A DNA stretch of 64,000 bases from Stegostoma tigrinum (lineage: Eukaryota). Position 1 is the stretch's first letter. The number at the start of each line of letters is the position of its first letter. Where the stretch lies: contig NC_081361.1 in the NCBI RefSeq assembly GCF_030684315.1, forward strand, positions 56,217,553-56,281,552, in the 5' to 3' direction. This document shows, piece by piece, positions 53,991 through 64,000 of the stretch. The notes beneath the pieces were generated by a model. It was not told the DNA's origin, ran no database searches, and was given only the letters and a program-made list of their open reading frames with translations. A program made the position numbers and the translations under genes.

Positions 53991-54947
53991 TCAAAACGTT
54001 TGCAGCTGCTGCGTTAGCATGAGTTGGCAGCCGCTGTTTACGTGATTCATAACTTTCTGCTTCAGCTGGGCAACCTGTTCTCGCAGCAGGTTTGCTGTGG
54101 ACGCTAGTTCAGAGTTCTGCGCCTTTAAGGTTTTCACTTTGTCTTCCAGCCTGGCAATTCTCTCCAGTTTCCTTTTACGGCACTTTGAGGCGGCGATGCG
54201 GTTTCTCATTCGCTTCCTCTCGGCCTTGATTCGTTCCTGAGATTCCATGTCAATAGGAGACAACGGCGGGGTCTCCCCGGGCATCTCGGGCACCGTCTGA
54301 GGTTCTTCCTTCAATGCCTGAAGTCTGGGATGCTGCACAGGCATTTGGTGGTTCATCGGATGATGCTGGGGTGCTGCATAGTTCATATTATTGCCGTTGT
54401 AGTTAGGCTGCGCGGTGATCGAGTTAGGGTTAAAATTGTTGAGATTAGCGTAGACCGGAGGCTCTTGGTGCAAATTTGAATTGTAAACAGTACTTGCACT
54501 GGGCAGAGAGGCAGAAACCGCGATCGCCGTATTTGCAGACGGAGTTGAACATGTCACGTTGGGCAGGATATTCTGTTTATGAAGTTCTTCAAGAGCTTTG
54601 ACAAAGCCTTCAGCAAAACCCTCCTGTTCGTCCGTGACATTTCTGGGGCATAGGAACTGGGTCGGTGTTGGGGTGGTGGTGATCAGTCCATTGCTGGACT
54701 GAATTATAAGACGTTCAAGTTCAGGTGATGCGAGTTTGAGAAGTCCCACGTCCGGAGACGTTAATATACCTTCACTGTTCTTGTTCCTCAGATGGGGCTT
54801 CAAGTTGCTCGCTGGATCAGACAGGTTCAAAGTCATATTTTGTTTCAACATTTTCGCACTGTATCCATAACCACTATTTTCAGGCTGTGCAAAAGCTGCG
54901 TTCAGTGCATCGTCGTGGTAGAATGGCTGTTCCATCTTCGTAGACAT
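53991..54947 (-). CDS. jun: Transcription factor c-Jun (AP-1), 318 aa, intronless
   Basis: [10 protein letters not shown] start; delta domain; [21 protein letters not shown] (JNK sites); TTTPTP; [12 protein letters not shown]; b[28 protein letters not shown]; ends LTQQLQTF. Confidence 0.98.
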   Translation of the reverse strand: MSTKMEQPFYHDDALNAAFAQPENSGYGYSAKMLKQNMTLNLSDPASNLKPHLRNKNSEGILTSPDVGLLKLASPELERLIIQSSNGLITTTPTPTQFLCPRNVTDEQEGFAEGFVKALEELHKQNILPNVTCSTPSANTAIAVSASLPSASTVYNSNLHQEPPVYANLNNFNPNSITAQPNYNGNNMNYAAPQHHPMNHQMPVQHPRLQALKEEPQTVPEMPGETPPLSPIDMESQERIKAERKRMRNRIAASKCRKRKLERIARLEDKVKTLKAQNSELASTANLLREQVAQLKQKVMNHVNSGCQLMLTQQLQTF

Positions 54948-55199
54948 AGAATACCGATGGAAGAAAACTCTTTGATACAAAAGTGTTTTAAAATAGATGT
55001 AACAGAGTTCTTGAAGAGTTCGAATAAGTCTACTCGGTTACCTGTTAAGCTCACAATTTCAATAATAGAAACGTAATTTGGGAAATCAGTTGATTTCTTT
55101 TCCCACTAATTTCTCCTGCTGTACCAGTTTTCAGTAAGAATGCTACCAAATCAAAAGAAAAGTGTTCAAACTACCAAGTTCCTCCAGCTTGTTTCACAC

Positions 55200-55430
55200 T
55201 CAGCTCTGAGCACTTGCAGCGTGAGTCCCAAGCTTATCTGCAACTGGTAATAGACCCGAAATAGCAATGAGGTCATCTCGGCTCCTTCCCATTGGTTGGC
55301 TATTACGTATGGGCGTTTTAGACTTTGCATGTCCGCTCGGTTTCCATAGCAACGCCCCAGAAGATTCTAACTATCGTGGGGCATGACGGGCTGAGGTAAT
55401 GCAGCGTGGAGCATCATGGGATGACGTCTT
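55200..55430 (-). promoter_or_regulatory. jun: c-jun promoter
   Basis: On minus: jun2 TTACCTCA (55392-55399), AGAATCTTCT (55359-55368), X-box GTTGCTATGGAAAC (55340-55353), CCAAT (55291-55295), jun1-like TGACCTCA (55268-55275), MEF2-like CTATTTCGGG, GCAGATAAG (55233-55241), GCTCAGAG start region ~55207. Confidence 0.85.
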
Positions 55431-55649
55431 TATTTTGAAGATCCAGTTACCCGCTTTGGTGGAAGTCGGTGGAGTGGCGGGAAGAGTGCTGGGATTGATT
55501 TGGTGGCTTTCCCAGAATATTTTGTTTCACCCACTATCACTTGGGCTCATTTTATTTTTGTCCTCTAACTTGCTTTCTCACCCCACCTCCGCCCTGTTGG
55601 TAGTTATGTACCGCGATGATTTTACAAAGAGTGGGTGTTTGTGTGTCTT

Positions 55650-55960
55650 TTTCACCGCGCTGAAGGCGGGTCTAGATGGATGTGGGCCTGACCAATGGGA
55701 AGCTGCTTGCTGGTGGCGCTGTGCCCAATGAGAAGGTCCTGGAGGCGGGCCAACTTTCGAACGCAAACCGTCAAGGCGCCGTCCGTACCATTGTGACGTT
55801 CACGTTGACAGGCCGCCTGGGCACCTAATGGAGGCGCGACGGCCTGTTGCGCTCCCACCAATGGCAGTGACGTGGAGGCGGGTCCTCGGTCAAAGTTGGG
55901 TTGACCTAAGGTTGACCGTCTGCTCCCGTGAAATGGATCCGAGTGGGTTTTGATGGTGGT
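55650..55960 (+). promoter_or_regulatory. Candidate divergent promoter upstream of c-jun
   Basis: Three plus-strand CCAAT boxes (~55692, ~55725, ~55858), several GGCGGG boxes and TGACGT half-CREs in a CpG island. Confidence 0.5.
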
Positions 55961-58709
55961 TTAGGAGTACCACCTCCCCACCAGCCGGCGCACTCAATGC
56001 CCTTTACCAAGTGCTAAGTGAACGACTAGCTTTTCAACTGTAGGCCACCACTGTCCTTCACTATTGCCTGGCAAAAGCGTTGTGCTTCTCACCGTGAAGT
56101 GACTGCGATTGTTTTAAACTGTACATCGATTTATTTTTCGGGAAAGCGCGATGATTATTAATATGTAGGAAGATTCCTCCCGTTTAGTTGAGCCTCCCCA
56201 TGTTTATGCAGCTAGGTGGTCATTTTCGTAGTCTACCCTGAAGCAACTGTTTCTATTTAGGCGAAAATTTTCATTGGCGAGAGGAAGCCCCTTCCAACTA
56301 TATTCTTAGAGCTTTTGGCGACTTTTTTTTGGTGACATTGTGTACCCATTTTTAATCAGCAACCACAACGCTAAATAACCCACCCAGCCAGTGAAACGTG
56401 AGCTCTCTTATCCAGGGAGGATACAACAACAGACTATCTGCTCTGTACTGGGTTCTTCAGAAAATTAAAAGCTGTCTTTCCTCTGGTGTGCTAAAAGATC
56501 GGGATTCAGTGATCATAAGCACAGTGATTAGATAAATAGCTTTATTTTGCTGAGGGATCATTCTGTACAGCATAAAAGTATAACCTGTTAAGATTGGAAA
56601 ATATATTTTAACAGTTTAACTTTAGGGTTTTCTATCTGTAGGCTAGTGTATCTAATAGGTACTTGCATTTATAAAATAAAGCTTCTTTAACTAGTCGGTA
56701 CTCCTAAACTGTATTTGGCAAACAATTTTATGTAAGGCATTGCGCGCATGTCTAAACCTGCCCTCACTAAATGCTTACACATTTACACACGTGTTAGCAA
56801 ACAGGAGGAAAGGCTCGGGTAGTTTAAGTCCAGACATGCTGCAGCGTACCGGACTGATCCTGGTACAGATCAAAATGACTTGGTATAGATCAGAGTTCAA
56901 ACATGACATCTAATACATTTTGTAACTTTGCAGATGATCCAATCTTTAATTTGTTTTCTCCAAAAATAATTTTAGATGCTTGTTTTATATCAAAATGAGT
57001 TCTTTTCAGGTGTAGATTAGAATAATATCTCAAAGAATGAATCACAATGAGTGACGTTCCTGATTTTTGTAATTAATCCACATTTGCAGGGTATAAATGT
57101 ATTTGGATTAATGCATTTTCGACACTCCTTCAGTTGATGCCTCTATTTACATACTGATTTGCAAACAGATTTCGGGGTTTTTGAAAATAAATTGGGCAGC
57201 ACTTAATGATTTTGAAAGGTATTGATGTCTGCATTTTCAATGATATTCTGCTGCCTTTATTGATTTATTTATTTGTTTTCAGATCGCTAAGAAATCCTTT
57301 TTAGTGGAAACTTTGGATTGTGGAATGACACATCTATTTCCTTTTGGCAGTATGTAGTCATACAAAAGGTGGGCAAGATGATGAAAATGCCACATTCTTG
57401 GAAGCTGATTGAGCAACTTTAGACAATTATTGGCCTCCTTGTGGGTACTGGCATCCTACCAGTGCCCCTCCTGTGTGGAGAGATTGCCCAGAGCCCTGGT
57501 GGATACCATTAGGGCTCTGAGGTGAATGACGGTAGGGGGAGAATGTTATTTGGAAGTCCACTTTGCCCCGTGAAAGGACTATCTGCCAATGACTGCCTTG
57601 GTCGCAGTAGCATTACATGCAAAATGAATCATGTGAGCCCTTCCTCCACATCAATGATCTCCTAAATGTATCCCTCACCAGGACCTGCTTAACTATCCCT
57701 GGTGATCTGAAGCCCTACTTACTAGATTGTGAGGTCTACTAATGCATTCTTCTGCTCCAAATGCAGCATCAGCATTGCCCACTGATCCAGGTGGTGCTGC
57801 AATTCCTGGCGATGGGCTTCCAGGGAACAGCAACTCCAGATGTGGCCACGTAAGTGGCTGGAACTCATAAAATACAGACCCTCATTTTGTTGCCTATGTA
57901 AAGTTCAGTGCTTTATGTACAGATGAATATCCTTAACACATTAAACAAGAAATGTAGGTCAAATTAGCCTATATTAACCCACGTTAAGCAGAATGGAACA
58001 TTGAAAGAATTAATAGCTGCCCGCAGTATTAAACACAGTTTATTTTGAGGATTTATTTTGAGCTAAATTGAATATAATTTATTACAAATGTCTATGTGTT
58101 GCAGTAGTTCTAAAAAAAAGCTCATCTGTTTATATTTACAGAGTGTGCATTTTGAAACCATAAATTATTTATGTGGAATTCTAAATTTGAAAAGATATGT
58201 GTCAATTTCTCGTATAATTTGTATTTCTCCCTTAGACTTCCTTACCTTCTCTCTTTGTACTATGTGAGTTGCAGGCTGTTAACGTTGGAGATGTTCTTCT
58301 GCGCACACTTTCTGCAAGCTGTGTTAGTGCCAGTTTCATAGTCACCTTGACAAGGCTGCCTTTTTCTACTGGGATTTGGCAGCACTGTCAGGAATAAATG
58401 CTTCAAAACATTTGGGATACCCCTTTTAAGACTTCATATAAAGAACCTAGTGTTGTAAGTTGTGCATTATAGAGATAGGTTGCCTTTTACTTTCATACTG
58501 GCAGCTTTTTTTTGTGGATTCTTAATGCAATGCAATTTATGGCAAATTACATTTTAATATTTTATATCATTAAATAATTTTGAATTAGTCCATTCCATTC
58601 CGCAGAACCAGATACAGTGCTGCTTCTATCCTTATGGGTATGAAAACATACTGAGCAATATAATTCTCCTGTATACGTTTCAGAAATTCTTTCCCCTCTT
58701 TGCTGTTTA

Positions 58710-59570
58710 TACTGTTGAGTACAAAATTCAAGGCTGAAACTTTAGTGCAATGCAGAAGGAGTGCTGCATTGTTGGAGATGCCATCCTTTAGGTGAGATAT
58801 TTGCATGAGGTTCAAATGTCTGCTGGAATATTGTAAAGAACATAAGTTTATAGGAAAAGGAGTAAGCCATTTGCCCCCTCAAGCCTGCCAGCCGTCTAAT
58901 AAGACCTGGTGTGAGCTCCGTATATCCCTCAATGCCCTGATATTTTAAAACATATTTGTACCTCTCTTTTTAGTGACCTAGTTTTCATAATTGCCTGGAG
59001 TAAAGACTTCCAATATTTTCTACCCTCTGAGAATAAATTCTTCTGTATCTTGGTTTTAAATGAATGACCCTTTATTCTGTGACAAGTAATAACAAGAAGT
59101 AGGATTAGGCCATTCGGTCAAAGCTCCCAGGTCACTAGTTCAAACAATAGCAGTGAAGCACTTCTGGCATCCTGGCCAATATTTATCTCTCTAACAGCAA
59201 AAAGCATTGTTATTATTCACATTGCTGTTTGTGGGAGTTTATTGTGCTCAAGTTGTCTTTCCTAACATTTCTAACATTATTAAAGCAGCTAAACTCCAAA
59301 AGTAAAGATAACAAAGTGTGGAGCTGGATGAACACAGCAGGCCAAGCAGCATCTCAGGAGCACAAAAGCTGACGTTTCGGGCCGAGACCTTTCATCTGGT
59401 GAAGGGTCTCGGCCCGAAATGTCAGCTTTTGTGCTCCTGAGTTGCTGTTTGGCCTGCTGTGTTCATCCAGATCCACACTTTGTTATCTTGGATTCTCCAG
59501 CATCTGCAGTTCCCATTATCACTAAACTCCAAAAGTACTTCGGTAGATTCATAAGTCAGCGCTTTGCCAC
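58710..59570 (+). mobile_element. DeuSINE (SacSINE1-like) with nested CR1 fragment and fold-back element
   Basis: GGAGTGCTGCATTGTTGGAGATGCC... and TCCTGGCCAATATTTATC...CACATTGCTGTTTGTGGGAG segments; CR1 tail at ~58840-59080. Confidence 0.65.
59305..59521. mobile_element. Penelope-derived fold-back element with perfect 16-bp TSD
   Basis: TSD CTAAACTCCAAAAGTA at 59289-59304 and 59522-59537; long arm on the right. Confidence 0.92.
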
Positions 59571-59589
59571 CTCTAGTAGGATGCTGCCA

Positions 59590-60240
59590 CCAAGCAGACA
59601 TCCCTTTTCTACAGTTTGCTTGCACTTCATTCGATTTAGTTTACTCTATCTATTGCTCACAATGTGATTGCCCCTACATTGAAAACACAAAATGTGTGAC
59701 CCTGTTGCAGAATACCTCTGCTATTTCTGTAAAAATTACCCCAAAATTCTGGTTGCCTGCCACTTAAATACTATATTCCCATGGCAATATTTCTGTCTAA
59801 GGACTGCTACCTCCAGCAAAGTTCAAAACATTTTCAAGGAACAGCACCTCATCGTATGCCTTGGTACCTGCAGTCCTCAGGATTTAGTAATTGAGTTTTA
59901 CAAATTCAGAGCATGAACACCTTCCTCCAAATCTGTTCTCCCCCACCCCTCCATGCCATTTCTCTTTCAGTTTCTCCCAGCACAGCCAATGCATTTTCAA
60001 CACTTTGGATTTACCATTAGCACCCTTTCAGCATTTATCTGTCTCTCAGTTTATTATCTACAATCCCTCACTTGCTTTTCCTTTTTATCATCCCCATCCC
60101 CTGGCACTGTCTGCATTAATGTATTTCATTCCTATCTGCACCACATCTCCTTCTCTTTCTCCACCTCTCTCTGCAACCCCCCCCCCCCCCCCCAACCCAT
60201 AATCAGCATAAACACTGCCTTTTCCTGGCTACTTTCTGTT
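59590..60240 (+). mobile_element. Decayed Penelope-like element (GIY-YIG remnant)
   Basis: FACTSFDLVYSIYCSQCDCPYIE...; EQHLIVCLGTCSP. Confidence 0.75.
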
Positions 60241-60439
60241 TTTGTACCTAATCAGCTGTAAAATATTTTAAATGTCTGATGGTTGTGAATACACTATTTA
60301 TGTTGAAGTCTTTTTTTCTACCTATGCTGTATCTGGATACTAAAGTTTTCCAAGATTACTGCTTATACTTTTGCATTTTTATTTTTGAAACTATGTGTTT
60401 AAAGTTTAAGTTATTTTTATGTAATTTCAGTTGTGTGCA

Positions 60440-60785
60440 TGGAGGTGGCGTTATAGTAGTAATGTGACTAGACTGGTAACCCAGAACTCCATGCTAATTG
60501 GCTTGAATCCCACCTTGGCAAATTTGAGCTTAAAAATATCTGGATTTAAAATAGAAAAACCAGCCTAGTGATGACAGTGACACTGTCAATTGCTGTAAAA
60601 ACGTAGCTGGATCACTAATGTCCTTCTAGAGATGGTGCTGTCTGCCCTCCTTACTCATCTGGTCTTCACGTAACTCCAGTCCAACAACACTGTGACTGAC
60701 CTCTAACTGTCCTCTGGACATTGTAGCATAAGCAGTCAATGCTGGCCTTTTCAGAAATACCAACGTCCCAAGAGCAAATAAAAAT
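60440..60785 (+). mobile_element. tRNA-derived SINE
   Basis: GGAGGTGGCGTTATAGTAGTAATGTGACTAGACT...TTGAATCCCACC head; related to 12190-12543. Confidence 0.65.
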
Positions 60786-61013
60786 GAGCGACTTATATTT
60801 TAATATTACCTACTTTAGAGTTTAGGTTTTGAGCTAATGGCATGTCGGTTNNNNNNNNNNNNNNNNNNNNNNNNNNNNNNNNNNNNNNNNNNNNNNNNNN
60901 NNNNNNNNNNNNNNNNNNNNNNNNNNNNNNNNNNNNNNNNNNNNNNNNNNNNNNNNNNNNNNNNNNNNNNNNNNNNNNNNNNNNNNNNNNNNNNNNNNNN
61001 NNNNNNNNNNNNN

Positions 61014-61951
61014 TTGATTTCATCAAGAGTTTTTAGGAGCAAACAAACTTCACGGTTGTGCATTAGCGTTTTAGTTTATAAGGTCAGTGTGATTTTATTT
61101 GTTCTTTTGATTAGAGGAAACACTGATAGCTTAGAAAAAACTTTTTCATTTTACTTTGCCAACTTTACAGCATCCTCGGCAGAAGATGGAAGTGTAAAGC
61201 AGTTGCTCTGAGAAAGGGAGATGGTTTAGAACCGGTAGAGTTAGATTTCTCATAAAAAGTTTAATTTGAAAGGTCCAGAGCAGAAGTGTTTGGTTGCAAC
61301 TTAAGGAGTAAGGGCCTCGGATTCTCAAAACAAGCAATTGAAGACACATTTAAATCAAATAGATGTGAAAAAGAAGGGAATTATCTTTGGTATCGGTACT
61401 GTAAAGAAATTAGATACGATAAAAAAACTGCAGATGCTGGAATCCAAAATAGACAAACAGGAGAATATAAGTAGACAGCAGGCCAGGCAGCATCTGGAGG
61501 AAAAGAGAAGTCAACATTTCAGGTGTCACCCATCTTCAGATCCTCCTCTCTCCCTTTTTTGTCTGCAACTCCCCCTACCCCCACATCCAGCCCTGAAGAA
61601 GGGTAGTACCTGAAATGTTGACTTCTCCTTTCCTCCAGGTGCTGCCTGGCTTGCTGTGTTCTTCCACCCTCCTGTTTGTCTACTGTAAAGAAATGCTTCT
61701 GAGATTAATGGAATTGTGTTTTACTGGGTTTCTCTAAATCTTTAAATTTGTGCCCTGGGTTAATAGATTGGGTTATTCTATTTTGGTATTTGCATAATAA
61801 ACTAATTTAATTGTTAAAACTGAATGTGCAGCATTGCGTGTTTCTGTTTCACTGAAAGATCACCGCTTCAGAACCAAAAGAAAAATCTATTAAGCCAGTT
61901 TTCAGTCTGGGATCTGCATTTAATGTAATAACATTAGCTGGGATCATAACA
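61014..61951 (+). mobile_element. Probable solo LTR (5' end in or before the gap)
   Basis: AATAAA at ~61796 and 3' end CTGGGATCATAACA, resembling LTR termini. Confidence 0.45.
61411..61680. mobile_element. Penelope-derived fold-back element with 14-bp TSD
   Basis: TSD TACTGTAAAGAAAT at 61397-61410 and 61681-61694; CTGAAGA-AGGGTAGTACCT-GAAATGTT at 61593-61619; ~50-nt spacer. Confidence 0.85.
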
Positions 61952-62014
61952 CTTGATTTTATGGTAGAACTTGTATTGGGATAATAATGAAAAGGAATAC
62001 ATAATGTTATTAAT

Positions 62015-62295
62015 AGGGAAGTGATGACCTAGTGGTATGATTGCTAGACTGTTAAGCCAGAAACTCAACTAATGCCTGGGAGACAAGGGTTCAAATCCTG
62101 CTATTGCACTTGGTGAAATTACGAATCTACTGATGACTACGAAACCATTGCAAGATTGTTGGAAAAATCCATCTCCCCGACTGATATCTTTCAGGGAAGG
62201 AACTCTGCTACCCTCACCTGGCCTGGCCTGACTGTGAGTCCAGACCCACAGCAAATGGTTGACTTACAACTGCTGTCTGAAATGGTCTAGCACTC
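62015..62295 (+). mobile_element. tRNA-derived SINE
   Basis: GGGAAGTGATGACCTAGTGGTA...GGTTCAAATCC head; CAGACCCACAGCAA body. Confidence 0.7.
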
Positions 62296-62799
62296 TGTTT
62301 GTACCAAACAGTTTACAACAAAAAAAAGACTGAATTCAGGTATCCCTTGAGGTACTCTAAATTCTTTTTTTCTGAGACAGATGGAAACCGAAGGCATTTG
62401 TGACATCAGAATGTTTCTGAAGTAAATTTTTCAGTCTCTAAGAGAAACAAATTCCCTTTAGTAATTTTTCCCCTTTTTTGAATTTGTAATACATAACCTG
62501 AAATGATGAGCATTAAATACAACTTTTGATGCTGTTCTGCAGAAAAATTGTTACAAAATCCAATGTTAAATACCAATCTTTGCTACTATGATACATCATA
62601 GTTTCACAGCTTCATTTTGTGATTATTTCTTTCTGAGAAAATATATACAATTACTTTTTGTGATATCGTTCACTTTTCTAGTTACCCAAGTATCTTTTAT
62701 TTCAATTATTTTGGCAATCAATATTTTTTGTTAATGGGTAAACAAATTAAATTTTTAATACAATTTCTTGTGCCCTGCCAGAGATCCAGGGCAATATCA

Positions 62800-63930
62800 T
62801 AATATAAGTGCACAAGGGAAGGTGATATAATAGCATGGATAGAGGATTCGCTACCTAACAGGAAATGGACAGCCAGGATAAATGGGTCATAGTCAGTAGA
62901 ATGGAATAGTGAGTAGAGTGCCAAAGGGATTGATGCTGGGGCCTCAACTATTTATGATCTATACTAATGGTTTAGATGAAGGGGCTATTGTATTGAGGCA
63001 AAATTTACTGATGATGGAAAGATTGGTAGAGAAACAAAGTAGTAAAATATAAGCAATGTCCAAAGGAGGATTGCTGAGTGAGTGGGCAAAAATTTGGCAG
63101 ATGGAGTACAATACAATTAAATTTGAAATTATCATTTTGTCAACAGGTGTATGTAGAAAAGCTGGTTATTATTTAAATGGAATGACTGCACAATGCTGCA
63201 ACACTGAAGGATCTGACTATCTTTGTTCATAAGTCACAAAATATTAACACGCAGTTACACCAAGTAATAAGGCAAGGAAATGGGATGCGGACCTTTATTG
63301 AAAGATGAATGAAATATAAAATTAGGAAAGTTTTGCTTCAACTGTACAGGGAATTGATGCAAATACATCATGTCTAGTGTACGTTTTGGTTTCCTTTTAA
63401 GGAAGAATATAGATGTATTGGAAACTGTTCATTGGCAGTCATGAAGCTGATTCCTGGGAAGAAAGGGCTTCAGTAAAACTTCAGGCAAGAGAAACTTTAG
63501 AGAGACTTTCAGGAATGTTTGAGCAAGTTGGCTCTGTACTCATTGGCGTTTTGAAGATCTAATTGAAACATAAAAAAATTCTGAAGTGACATGATCAGAG
63601 TCAATGGTGAGAAGATGGTTTCCCTCTAAGGCTAATCTAGAATTAGGCAGAATTTCAAATTGAGGGCTGTCCTATTTGAGATAGGGTAACAAATAATTCC
63701 TTATCTCAGAGGGTTGTTAGTCTTTGGAATTCTGTTCACTAGAAAGCTGTGGAAACTGACGCTTTCAATATGTTCAACACTGAGTTAGATTTTTGATCCA
63801 CAAAGGAAGCTAAGGGTACACAGGACAGAGCAAATAAGACTAGTATTAGATTTGCAATGATGTTACTGAATATTGGGGAAGTTTGATGGACTGAGCTACA
63901 ACTCCTCCTCTAACTCCTTATAATTTTGTA
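62800..63930 (+). mobile_element. Old CR1 LINE fragment
   Basis: LGPQLF, KFTDDGK and WQMEYN remnants; TCTCAGAGGGTTGTTAGTCTTTGGAATTC. Confidence 0.8.
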
Positions 63931-64000
63931 ACTGTTGGGAAATGCAATCTCTTCATTGAAATTGGATTAAATAATAGTTAGGACGTTTGATTTATTTTTT

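Noticed and set aside
54948-54980. 11-aa N-terminal extension of c-Jun in the ORF track
   Set aside because: Starts at a TTG; the ATG at 54947 matches the canonical Jun N-terminus.
15295-61680. Repeated hairpins as a CRISPR array or DNA-transposon MITEs
   Set aside because: Eukaryotic, dispersed and without spacers; arms match Penelope 3' ends and TSD lengths vary.

Overview
Vertebrate genomic DNA, very likely from a shark (inferred from HE1/Deu-type SINEs, CR1 LINEs and Penelope repeats). It holds two single-exon CDSs on the minus strand: c-jun (53991-54947, with a recognisable vertebrate c-jun promoter and 3'UTR) and the CARD+ankyrin inflammasome adaptor caiap (7235-9481). A probable terminal coding exon of an unidentified plus-strand gene lies at 2984-3146. 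Most of the rest is transposon-derived (CR1, RTE, SINEs, Penelope-like elements, a probable solo LTR), plus a compound GT/GA microsatellite and three assembly gaps. The most striking signal is more than a dozen intact or degenerate minimal hammerhead-ribozyme motifs (CTGAWGA-A-stem II-GAAACGTC/GAAAGCTT). They sit at the 3' ends of Penelope elements and in short non-coding fold-back elements flanked by 12-17 bp target-site duplications. One of these elements is the centre of a ~690 bp palindrome that duplicated host DNA ~3 kb downstream of c-jun. Repeat family names come from recall of consensus features, and repeat boundaries are approximate.
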